Shown here one piece after another: positions 41,201 through 54,300 of a stretch of DNA of 64,000 bases. The notes under the pieces are model-generated. The model was not told the origin of the DNA. It did not search any database and saw only the letters and a list, made by a program, of their open reading frames with translations. The number at the start of each line of letters is the position of its first letter. Position 1 is the stretch's first letter. Origin of the DNA: Balanoglossus misakiensis (lineage: Eukaryota > Animalia > Hemichordata); NCBI GenBank assembly GCA_040954595.2, contig CM082590.2, positions 2,604,001-2,668,000 on the forward strand, given 5' to 3'. The translations under genes and the position numbers were made by a program.

Positions 41201-44200
41201 GCCTCGTTTATTTACCGAATTCTGTTGTGAGGCGCAGAACACGTAATAGGTCTATGCGCATAAGGAAGTTTTCCACCAGACTCTGTAGATCGACAGATAG
41301 TTCTAAAATGTCCATGGTTGCTTCCAAACACAGCCTCGTTTATTTACCGATTTCTGTTGTGATGCGCATAACACATAGATAGGCCTATGCGCATAAGAAC
41401 GTTTTCCACTAGACTCTGTAGATCGACGGATAGTTGTACAATTTCCATGGTTGCTTCCAAACAGCATCGTTTATTTACCGAATTCTGTTGTGAGGCGCAG
41501 AACACGTAATAGGTCTATGCGCATAAGGAAGTTTTCCACCAGACTCTGTAGATCGACGGATAGTTGTAAAATTTCATGATTGCTTCCAAATACAGCCTCG
41601 TTTATTTACCGATTTCTGTTGTGATGCGCATAACACATAGATAGGCCTATGCGCATAAGAACGTTTTCCACTAGACTATGTAGATCGACGGATAGTTGTA
41701 CAATTTCCATGGTTGCTTCCAAACAGCCTCGTTTATTTACCGATTTCTGTTGTGAGGCGCAGAACACATGATAGGCCTATGCGCATAAGACATTTTTCCA
41801 CTAGACTCTGTAGATCGACGGATTGTTCTAAAATTTCCATGGTTGCTTCCAAACAGCCTCGTTTATTTACCGAATTCTGTTGTGAGGCGCAGAGCACGTA
41901 ATAGGCCTATGCGCATAAGAAAGTTTTCCACCAGACTCCTTAGATCGACGGATAGTTGTAAAATTTCCATGGTTGTTTCCAAACACAGCCTCGTTCATTT
42001 ATAAAATTCTGTTGTGATGCGCTGAACACATACATATGCCTATGCGCGTAAGAAAGTTTCCCACTAGACTCTGTAGATCGACGGATAGTTCTAAAATTTC
42101 CATGATTGCTTCCAAACACATCCTCGATTGTTTACAAAATTCTGTTGTGATGCGCAGAACACATATATAGGCCTATGCGCATATGAATGTTTTCCACTAT
42201 ACTCCGTAGATCGACAGATAGTTCTAAAATTTCCATTGTTGCTTCCAAACAAAGCCTCGTTTGTTTACAAAATTCTGTTGTGATGTGCATAACACATGAA
42301 AGGCCTATGCGCACATGAACGTTTTTCCACTAGACTCTGTAGATCGACGGATAGTTCTAAAATGTCCATGGTTGCTACCAAACACAGCCTCGTTTGTTTA
42401 CAAAATTCTGTTGTGATGCGCAGAACACATATATAGGCCTATGCGCATAAGAACGTTTCCACTAGACTCTGTAGATCGACGGATAGCTGTAAAATTTCCA
42501 TGGTTGCTTCCAAACAGCCTCGTTTATTTACCGATTTCTGTTGTGATGCGCAGAACACATAGATAGGCATATGTGCATAATAAAGTTTTCCACTAGACTC
42601 TGTAGATCGAGAGATAGTTCTAAAATTTCCATGGTTGCTTCCAAACACAGCCTCGTTTGTTTACAAAATTCTGTTGTGATGCGCAGAACACATATATAGG
42701 CCTATGCGCATAATAACGTTTTCCACTAGACTCTGTAGATCGACGGATAGTTGTAAAATTTCCATGGTTGCTTCCAAACAGCCTCGTTTATTTACCGAAT
42801 TCTGTTGTGAGGCGCAGAACACATAGATAGGCATATGTGCATAAGAAAGTTTTCCACTATAGACTCTGTAGATCGAGAGATAGTTCTAAAATGTCCATGG
42901 TTGCTTCCAAACACAGCCTCGTTTGTTTACAAAATTCTGTTGTGATGCGCAGAACACATATATAGGCCTATGCGCATAATAACGTTTTCCACTAGACTCT
43001 GTAGATCGACGGATAGTTGTAAAATTTCCATGGTTGCTTCCAAACAGCCTCGTTTATTTACCGAATTCTGTTGTGAGGCGCAGAACACATAGATAGGCAT
43101 ATGTGCATAAGAAAGTTTTCCACTATAGACTCTGTAGATCGAGAGATAGTTCTAAAATGTCCATGGTTGCTACCAAACACAGCCTCGTTTGTTTAGAAAA
43201 TTCTGTTGTGATGCGCAGAACACATATATAGGCCTATGCGCATAAGAACGTTTCCACTAGACTCTGTAGATCGACGGATAGCTGTAAAATTTCCATGGTT
43301 GCTTCCAAACAGCCTCGTTTATTTACCGATTTCTGTTGTGAGGCGCAGAACACATGATAGGCCTATGCGCATGAGACATTTTTCCACTAGACTCTGTAGA
43401 TCGACGGATAGTTGTAAAATTTCATGGTTGCTTCCAAATACAGCCTCGTTTATTTAGCGATTTCTGTTGTGATGCGCATAACACATAGATAGGCCTATGC
43501 GCATAAGAACGTTTTCCACTAGACTCTGTAGATCGACGGATAGTTGTAAAATTTCCATGGTTGCTTCCAAACAGCCTCGTTTATTTACCGAATTCTGTTG
43601 TGAGGCGCAGAACACATAGATAGGCATATGTGCATAAGAAAGTTTTCCACTATAGACTCTGTAGATCGAGAGATAGTTCTAAAATGTCCATGGTTGCTAC
43701 CAAACACAGCCTCGTTTGTTTACAAAATTCTGTTGTGATGCGCAGAACACATATATAGGCCTATGCGCATAAGAACGTTTCCACTAGACTCTGTAGATCG
43801 ACGGATAGCTGTAAAATTTCCATGGTTGCTTCCAAACAGCCTCGTTTATTTACCGATTTCTGTTGTGAGGCGCAGAACACATGATAGGCCTATGCGCATA
43901 AGACATTTTTCCACTAGACTCTGTAGATTGACGGATAGTTGTAAAATTTCATGGTTGCTTCCAAATACAGCCTCGTTTATTTAGCGATTTCTGTTGTGAT
44001 GCGCATAACACATAGATAGGCCTATGCGCATAAGAACGTTTTCCACTAGACTTTGTAGATCGACGGATAGTTGTACAATGTCCATGGTTGCTTCCAAACA
44101 GCCTCGTTTATTTACCGAATTCTGTTGTGAGGCGCAGAACACGTAATAGGTCTATGCGCATAAGGAAGTTTTCCACCAGACTCTGTAGATCGACGGATAG

Positions 44201-47200
44201 TTGTAAAATTTCATGGTTGCTTCCAAATACAGCCTCGTTTATTTACCGATTTCTGTTGTGATGCGCATAACACATAGATAGGCCTATGCGCATAAGAAGT
44301 TTTCCACTAGACTCTGTAGATCGACGGATAGTTGTACAATTTCCATGGTTGCTTCCAAACAGCCTCGTTTATTTACCGATTTCTGTTGTGAGGCACAGAA
44401 CACATGATAGGCCTATGCGCATAAGACATTTTTCCACTAGACTCTGTAGATCGACGGATAGTTCTAAAATTTCCATGGTTGCTTCCAAACAGCCTCGTTT
44501 ATTTACCGAATTCTGTTGTGAGGCGCAGAGCACGTAATAGGCCTATGCGCATAAGAAAGTTTTCCACCAGACTCTGTAGATCGACGGATAGTTGTACAAT
44601 TTCCATGGTTGCTTCCAAACAGCCTCGTTTATTTACCGATTTCTGTTGTGATGCGCAGAACACATAGATAGGCATATGTGCATAATAAAGTTTTCCACTA
44701 GACTCTGTAGATCGAGAGATAGTTCTAAAATTTCCATGGTTGCTTCCAAACACAGCCTCGTTTGTTTACAAAATTCTGTTGTGATGCGCAGAACACATAT
44801 ATAGGCCTATGCGCATAATAACGTTTTCCACTAGACTCTGTAGATCGACGGATAGTTGTAAAATTTCCATGGTTGCTTCCAAACAGCCTCGTTTATTTAC
44901 CGAATTCTGTTGTGAGGCGCAGAACACATAGATAGGCATATGTGCATAAGAAAGTTTTCCACTATAGACTCTGTAGATCGAGAGATAGTTCTAAAATGTC
45001 CATGGTTGCTTCCAAACACAGCCTCGTTTATTTACCGATTTCTGTTGTGATGCGCATAACACATAGATAGGCCTATGCGCATAAGAACGTTTTCCACTAG
45101 ACTCTGTAGATCGACGGATAGTTGTACAATTTCCATGGTTGCTTCCAAACAGCATCGTTTATTTACCGAATTCTGTTGTGAGGCGCAGAACACGTAATAG
45201 GTCTATGCGCATAAGGAAGTTTTCCACCAGACTCTGTAGATCGACGGATAGTTCTAAAATTTCCATGATTGCTTCCAAACAGCCTCGTTTATTTACCGAA
45301 TTCTGTTGTGAGGCGCAGAGCACGTAATAGGCCTATGCGCATAAGAAAGTTTTCCACCAGACTCTGTAGATCGACGGATAGTTGTAAAATTTCCATGGTT
45401 GCTTCCAAACAGCCTCGTTTATTTACCGATTTCTGTTGTGATGCGCAGAACACATAGATAGGCATATGTGCATAATAAAGTTTTCCACTAGACTCTGTAG
45501 ATCGAGAGATAGTTCTAAAATTTCCATGGTTGCTTCCAAACACAGCCTCGTTTGTTTACAAAATTCTGTTGTGATGCGCAGAACACATATATAGGCCTAT
45601 GCGCATAATAACGTTTTCCACTAGACTCTGTAGATCGACGGATAGTTGTAAAATTTCATGATTGCTTCCAAATACAGCCTCGTTTATTTACCGATTTCTG
45701 TTGTGATGCGTATAACACATAGATAGGCCTATGCGCATAAGAACGTTTTCCACTAGACTATGTAGATCGACGGATAGTTGTACAATTTCCATGGTTGCTT
45801 CCAAACAGCCTCGTTTATTTACCGATTTCTGTTGTGAGGCGCAGAACACATGATAGGCCTATGCGCATAAGAAAGTTTTCCACCAGACTCCGTAGATCGA
45901 CGGATAGTTGTAAAATTTCCATGGTTGTTTCCAAACACAGCCTCGTTCATTTATAAAATTCTGTTGTGATGCGCTGAACACATACATATGCCTATGCGCA
46001 TAAGAAAGTTTCCCACTAGACTCTGTAGATCGACGGATAGTTCTAAAATTTCCATGATTGCTTCCAAACAGCCTCGTTTATTTACCGAATTCTGTTGTGA
46101 GGCGCAGAGCACGTAATAGGCCTATGCGCATAAGAAAGTTTTCCACCAGACTCTGTAGATCGACGGATAGTTGTAAAATTTCCATGGTTGCTTCCAAACA
46201 GCCTCGTTTATTTACCGATTTCTGTTGTGATGCGCAGAACACATAGATAGGCATATGTGCATAATAAAGTTTTCCACTAGACTCTGTAGATCGAGAGATA
46301 GTTCTAAAATTTCCATGGTTGCTTCCAAACACAGCCTCGTTTGTTTACAAAATTCTCTTGTGATGCGCAGAACACATATATAGGCCTATGCGCATAATAA
46401 CGTTTTCCACTAGACTCTGTAGATCGACGGATAGTTGTAAAATTTCCATGGTTGCTTCCAAACAGCCTCGTTTATTTACCGAAATCTGTTGTGAGGCGCA
46501 GAACACATAGATAGGCATATGTGCATAAGAAAGTTTTCCACTATAGACTCTGTAGATCGAGAGATAGTTCTAAAATGTCCATGGTTGCTACCAAACACAG
46601 CCTCGTTTGTTTACAAAATTCTGTTGTGATGCGCAGAACACATATATAGGCCTATGCGCATAAGAACGTTTCCACTAGACTCTGTAGATCGACGGATAGC
46701 TGTAAAATTTCCATGGTTGCTTCCAAACAGCCTCGTTTATTTACCGATTTCTGTTGTGATGCGCAGAACACATAGATAGGCATATGTGCATAATAAAGTT
46801 TTCCACTAGACTCTGTAGATCGAGAGATAGTTCTAAAATTTCCATGGTTGCTTCCAAACACAGCCTCGTTTGTTTACAAAATTCTGTTGTGATGCGCAGA
46901 ACACATATATAGGCCTATGCGCATAATAACGTTTTCCACTAGACTCTGTAGATCGACGGATAGTTGTAAAATTTCCATGGTTGCTTCCAAACAGCCTCGT
47001 TTATTTACCGAATTCTGTTGTGAGGCGCAGAACACATAGATAGGCATATGTGCATAAGAAAGTTTTCCACTATAGACTCTGTAGATCGAGAGATAGTTCT
47101 AAAATGTCCATGGTTGCTTCCAAACACAGCCTCGTTTGTTTACAAAATTCTGTTGTGATGCGCAGAACACATATATAGGCCTATGCGCATAATAACGTTT

Positions 47201-50200
47201 TCCACTAGACTCTGTAGATCGACGGATAGTTGTAAAATTTCCATGGTTGCTTCCAAACAGCCTCGTTTATTTACCGAATTCTGTTGTGAGGCGCAGAACA
47301 CATAGATAGGCATATGTGCATAAATAAGTTTTCCACTATAGACTCTGTAGATCGAGAGATAGTTCTAAAATGTCCATGGTTGCTACCAAACACAGCCTCG
47401 TTTGTTTACAAAATTATGTTGTGATGCGCAGAACACATATATAGGCCTATGCGCATAAGAACGTTTCCACTAGACTCTGTAGATCGACGGATAGCTGTAA
47501 AATTTCCATGGTTGCTTCCAAACAGCCTCGTTTATTTACCGATTTCTGTTGTGAGGCGCAGAACACATGATAGGCCTATGCGCATGAGACATTTTTCCAC
47601 TAGACTCTGTAGATCGACGGATAGTTGTAAAATTTCATGGTTGCTTCCAAATACAGCCTCGTTTATTTAGCGATTTCTGTTGTGATGCGCATAACACATA
47701 GATAGGCCTATGCGCATAAGAACGTTTTCCACTAGACTTTGTAGATCGACGGATAGTTGTACAATGTCCATGGTTGCTTCCAAACAGCCTCGTTTATTTA
47801 CCGAATTCTGTTGTGAGGCGCAGAACACGTAATAGGTCTATGCGCATAAGGAAGTTTTCCACCAGACTCTGTAGATCGACAGATAGTTCTAAAATGTCCA
47901 TGGTTGCTTCCAAACACAGCCTCGTTTATTTACCGATTTCTGTTGTGATGCGCATAACACATAGATAGGCATATGTGCATAAATAAGTTTTCCACTATAG
48001 ACTCTGTAGATCGAGAGATAGTTCTAAAATGTCCATGGTTGCTACCAAACACAGCCTCGTTTGTTTACAAAATTATGTTGTGATGCGCAGAACACATATA
48101 TAGGCCTATGCGCATAAGAACGTTTCCACTAGACTCTGTAGATCGACGGATAGCTGTAAAATTTCCATGGTTGCTTCCAAACAGCCTCGTTTATTTACCG
48201 ATTTCTGTTGTGAGGCGCAGAACACATGATAGGCCTATGCGCATGAGACATTTTTCCACTAGACTCTGTAGATCGACGGATAGTTGTAAAATTTCATGGT
48301 TGCTTCCAAATACAGCCTCGTTTATTTAGCGATTTCTGTTGTGATGCGCATAACACATAGATAGGCCTATGCGCATAAGAACGTTTTCCACTAGACTTTG
48401 TAGATCGACGGATAGTTGTACAATGTCCATGGTTGCTTCCAAACAGCCTCGTTTATTTACCGAATTCTGTTGTGAGGCGCAGAACACGTAATAGGTCTAT
48501 GCGCATAAGGAAGTTTTCCACCAGACTCTGTAGATCGACAGATAGTTCTAAAATGTCCATGGTTGCTTCCAAACACAGCCTCGTTTATTTACCGATTTCT
48601 GTTGTGATGCGCATAACACATAGATAGGCCTATGCGCATAAGAACGTTTTCCACTAGACTCTGTAGATCGACGGATAGTTGTACAATTTCCATGGTTGCT
48701 TCCAAACAGCATCGTTTATTTACCGAATTCTGTTGTGAGGCGCAGAACACGTAATAGGTCTATGCGCATAAGGAAGTTTTCCACCAGACTCTGTAGATCG
48801 ACGGATAGTTGTAAAATTTCATGATTGCTTCCAAATACAGCCTCGTTTATTTACCGATTTCTGTTGTGATGCGCATAACACATAGATAGGCCTATGCGCA
48901 TAAGAACGTTTTCCACTAGACTATGTAGATCGACGGATAGTTGTACAATTTCCATGGTTGCTTCCAAACAGCCTCGTTTATTTACCGATTTCTGTTGTGA
49001 GGCGCAGAACACATGATAGGCCTATGCGCATAAGACATTTTTCCACTAGACTCTGTAGATCGACGGATTGTTCTAAAATTTCCATGGTTGCTTCCAAACA
49101 GCCTCGTTTATTTACCGAATTCTGTTGTGAGGCGCAGAGCACGTAATAGGCCTATGCGCATAAGAAAGTTTTCCACCAGACTCCTTAGATCGACGGATAG
49201 TTGTAAAATTTCCATGGTTGTTTCCAAACACAGCCTCGTTCATTTATAAAATTCTGTTGTGATGCGCTGAACACATACATATGCCTATGCGCATAAGAAA
49301 GTTTCCCACTAGACTCTGTAGATCGACGGATAGTTCTAAAATTTCCATGATTGCTTCCAAACACATCCTCGATTGTTTACAAAATTCTGTTGTGATGCGC
49401 AGAACACATATATAGGCCTATGCGCATATGAATGTTTTCCACTATACTCCGTAGATCGACAGATAGTTCTAAAATTTCCATTGTTGCTTCCAAACAAAGC
49501 CTCGTTTGTTTACAAAATTCTGTTGTGATGTGCATAACACATGATAGGCCTATGCGCACATGAACGTTTTTCCACTAGACTCTGTAGATCGACGGATAGT
49601 TCTAAAATTTCCATGGTTGCTTCCAAGCACAGCCTCGTTTGTTTACAAAATTCTGTTGTGATGCGCAGAACACATATATAGGCCTATGCGCATAATAACG
49701 TTTTCCACTAGACTCTGTAGATCGACGGATAGTTGTAAAATTTCCATGGTTGCTTCCAAACAGCCTCGTTTATTTACCGAATTCTGTTGTGAGGCGCAGA
49801 ACACATAGATAGGCATATGTGCATAAGAAAGTTTTCCACTATAGACTCTGTAGATCGAGAGATAGTTCTAAAATGTCCATGGTTGCTACCAAACACAGCC
49901 TCGTTTGTTTACAAAATTCTGTTGTGATGCGCAGAACACATATATAGGCCTATGCGCATAAGAACGTTTCCACTAGACTCTGTAGATCGACGGATAGCTG
50001 TAAAATTTCCATGGTTGCTTCCAAACAGCCTCGTTTATTTACCGATTTCTGTTGTGATGCGCAGAACACATAGATAGGCATATGTGCATAATAAAGTTTT
50101 CCACTAGACTCTGTAGATCGAGAGATAGTTCTAAAATTTCCATGGTTGCTTCCAAACACAGCCTCGTTTGTTTACAAAATTCTGTTGTGATGCGCAGAAC

Positions 50201-51360
50201 ACATATATAGGCCTATGCGCATAATAACGTTTTCCACTAGACTCTGTAGATCGACGGATAGTTGTAAAATTTCCATGGTTGCTTCCAAACAGCCTCGTTT
50301 ATTTACCGAATTCTGTTGTGAGGCGCAGAACACATAGATAGGCATATGTGCATAAGAAAGTTTTCCACTATAGACTCTGTAGATCGAGAGATAGTTCTAA
50401 AATGTCCATGGTTGCTTCCAAACACAGCCTCGTTTGTTTACAAAATTCTGTTGTGATGCGCAGAACACATATATAGGCCTATGCGCATAATAACGTTTTC
50501 CACTAGACTCTGTAGATCGACGGATAGTTGTAAAATTTCCATGGTTGCTTCCAAACAGCCTCGTTTATTTACCGAATTCTGTTGTGAGGCGCAGAACACA
50601 TAGATAGGCATATGTGCATAAGAAAGTTTTCCACTATAGACTCTGTAGATCGAGAGATAGTTCTAAAATGTCCATGGTTGCTACCAAACACAGCCTCGTT
50701 TGTTTAGAAAATTCTGTTGTGATGCGCAGAACATATATATAGGCCTATGCGCATAAGAACGTTTCCACTAGACTCTGTAGATCGACGGATAGCTGTAAAA
50801 TTTCCATGGTTGCTTCCAAACAGCCTCGTTTATTTACCGATTTCTGTTGTGAGGCGCAGAACACATGATAGGCCTATGCGCATAAGACATTTTTCCACTA
50901 GACTCTGTAGATTGACGGATAGTTGTAAAATTTCATGGTTGCTTCCAAATACAGCCTCGTTTATTTAGCGATTTCTGTTGTGATGCGCATAACACATAGA
51001 TAGGCCTATGCGCATAAGAACGTTTTCCACTAGACTTTGTAGATCGACGGATAGTTGTACAATGTCCATGGTTGCTTCCAAACAGCCTCGTTTATTTACC
51101 GAATTCTGTTGTGAGGCGCAGAACACGTAATAGGTCTATGCGCATAAGGAAGTTTTCCACCAGACTCTGTAGATCGACGGATAGTTGTAAAATTTCATGG
51201 TTGCTTCCAAATACAGCCTCGTTTATTTACCGATTTCTGTTGTGATGCGCATAACACATAGATAGGCCTATGCGCATAAGAAGTTTTCCACTAGACTCTG
51301 TAGATCGACGGATAGTTGTACAATTTCCATGGTTGCTTCCAAACAGCCTCGTTTATTTAC
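38280..51360 (+). repeat. Imperfect ~7 kb tandem duplication with stepwise offsets (7118, 7775, 7245, 7511, 6984 bp)
   Basis: ORF pairs: 38171/45289 (7118); 38877/46652, 39674/47449, 39999/47774 (7775); 40863/48108, 41713/48958, 42132/49377 (7245); 42439/49950 (7511); 43763/50747 (6984). A divergent monomer cluster at ~41820-42340 recurs at ~49065-49585. Confidence 0.82.
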
Positions 51361-51365
51361 CGAAT

Positions 51366-54300
51366 TCTGTTTTGAGGCGCAGAACACATAGATAGGCATA
51401 TGTGAATAAGAAAGTTTTCCACTATAGACTCTGTAGATCGAGAGATAGTTGTAAAATTTCCATGGTTGCTTCCAAACAGCCTCGTTTATTTACCGATTTC
51501 TGTTGTGAGGCGCAGAACACATAGATAGGCCTATGCGCATAAAAAACTTTTCAACTTTAGATCAACGGATAGTTCAAAAATTTCCATGGTTGTTTCCAAA
51601 CAGCCTCGTTTATTTACCGAATTCTGTTGTGATGCGTAGAACACATACATATGCCTATGCGCATAAGAAAGTTTTCCACTAGACTCCGTAGATCGACGAA
51701 TAGTTCTAAAATGTCCATGGTTGCTTCCAAACAAAGCCTGGTTTGTTTACAAAATTCTGTTGTGATGCGCAGAACACATAGATAGGCCTATGCGCATATG
51801 AACGTTTTCCACTATACTCTGTAGATCGAGAGTTAGTTCTAAAATTTCCATGTTTGCTTCCAAACAGCCTCGTTTATTTACGGAATTCTGTTTTGAGGCG
51901 CAGAACACATAGATACGCATATGTGCATAAGAAAGTTTTCCACTATAGACTCTGTACATCGAGAGATAGTTCTAAAATTTCCATGGTTGCTTCCAAACAC
52001 AGCCTCGTTTGTTTACAAAATTCTGTTGTGATGCGCAGAACACATATATAGGCCTATGCGCATAAGAACGTTTTCCACTAGACTCTGTAGATCGACGGAT
52101 AGTTCTAAAATTTCCATGGTTGCTTCCAAACAGCCTCGTTTATTTACCGAATTCTGTTGTGAGGCACAGAACACATAGATAGGCCTATGTGCATAAGAAA
52201 GTTTTCCACTATAGACTCTGTAGATCGAGAGATAGTTCTAAAATGTCCATGGTTGCTTTCAAACACAGCCTCGTTTGTTTACAAAATTCTTTTGTGATGC
52301 GCAGAACACATATATAGGCCTATGCGCATAAGAACGTTTTCCACTAGACTCTGTAGATCGACGGATAGTTGTAAAATTTCCATGGTTGCTTCCAAACAGC
52401 CTCGTTTATTTACCGAATTCTGTTGTGAGGCACAGAACACATAGATAGGCCTATGTGCATAAGAAAGTTTTCCACTAGACTCTGTAGATCGAGAGATAGT
52501 TCTAAAATTTCCATGGTTGCTTCCAAACACAGCCTCGTTTGTTTACAAAATTCTGTTGTGATGCGCAGAACACATATATAGGCCTATGCGCATAATAACG
52601 TTTTCCACTAGACTCTGTAGATCGACGGATAGTTGTAAAATTTCCATGGTTGCTTCCAAACAGCCTCGTTTATTTACCGAATTCTGTTGTGAGGCGCAGA
52701 ACACATAGATAGGCATATGTGCATAAGAAAGTTTTCCACTATAGACTCTGTAGATCGAGAGATAGTTCTAAAATGTCCATGGTTGCTTCCAAACACAGCC
52801 TCGTTTGTTTACAAAATTCTGTTGTGATGCGCACAACACATATATAGGCCTATGCGCATAATAACGTTTTCCACTAGACTCTGTAGATCGACGGATAGTT
52901 GTAAAATTTCCATGGTTGCTTCCAAACAGCCTCCTTTATTTACCGAATTCTGTTGTGAGGCGCAGAACACATAGATAGGCATATGTGCATAAGAAAGTTT
53001 TCCACTATAGACTCTGTAGATCGAGAGATAGTTCTAAAATGTCCATGGTTGCTACCAAACACAGCCTCGTTTGTTTACAAAATTCTGTTGTGATGCGCAG
53101 AACACATATATAGGACTATGCGCATAAGAACGTTTCCACTAGACTCTGTAGATCGACGGATAGCTATACAATTTCCATGGTTGCTTCCAAACAGCCTCGT
53201 TTATTTACCGATTTCTGTTGTGATGCGCAGAACACATAGATAGGCCTATGCGCATATGAACGTTTTCCACTATACACTGTAGATCGAGAGATAGTTCTAA
53301 AACTTCCATGTTTGCTTCCAAACAGCCTCGTTTATTTGCGGAAATCTGTTTTGAGGCGCAGAACACATAGATAGGCATATGTGAATAAGAAAGTTTTCCA
53401 CTATAGACTCTGTAGATCGAGAGATAGTTGTAAAATTTCCATGGTTGCTTCCAAACAGCCTCGTTTATTTACCGATTTCTGTTGTGAGGCGCAGAACACA
53501 TAGATAGGCCTATGCGCATAAAAAACTTTTCAACTTTAGATCAACGGATAGTTCAAAAATTTCCATGGTTGTTTCCAAACAGCCTCGTTTATTTACCGAA
53601 TTCTGTTGTGATGCGTAGAACACATACATATGCCTATGCGCATAAGAAAGTTTTCCACTAGACTCCGTAGATCGACGAATAGTTCTAAAATGTCCATGGT
53701 TGCTTCCAAACAAAGCCTGGTTTGTTTACAAAATTCTGTTGTGATGCGCAGAACACATAGATAGGCCTATGCGCATATGAACGTTTTCCACTATACTCTG
53801 TAGATCGAGAGTTAGTTCTAAAATTTCCATGTTTGCTTCCAAACAGCCTCGTTTATTTACAGAATTCTGTTTTGAGGCGCAGAACACATAGATAGGCATA
53901 TGTGCATAAGAAAGTTTTCCACTATAGACTCTGTACATCGAGAGATAGTTCTAAAATTTCCATGGTTGCTTCCAAACACAGCCTCGTTTGTTTACAAAAT
54001 TCTGTTGTGATGCGCAGAACACATATATAGGCCTATGCGCATAAGAACGTTTTCCACTAGACTCTGTAGATCGACGGATAGTTCTAAAATTTCCATGGTT
54101 GCTTCCAAACAGCCTCGTTTATTTACCGAATTCTGTTGTGAGGCACAGAACACATAGATAGGCCTATGTGCATAAGAAAGTTTTCCACTATAGACTCTGT
54201 AGATCGAGAGATAGTTCTAAAATGTCCATGGTTGCTTTCAAACACAGCCTCGTTTGTTTACAAAATTCTTTTGTGATGCGCAGAACACATATATAGGCCT

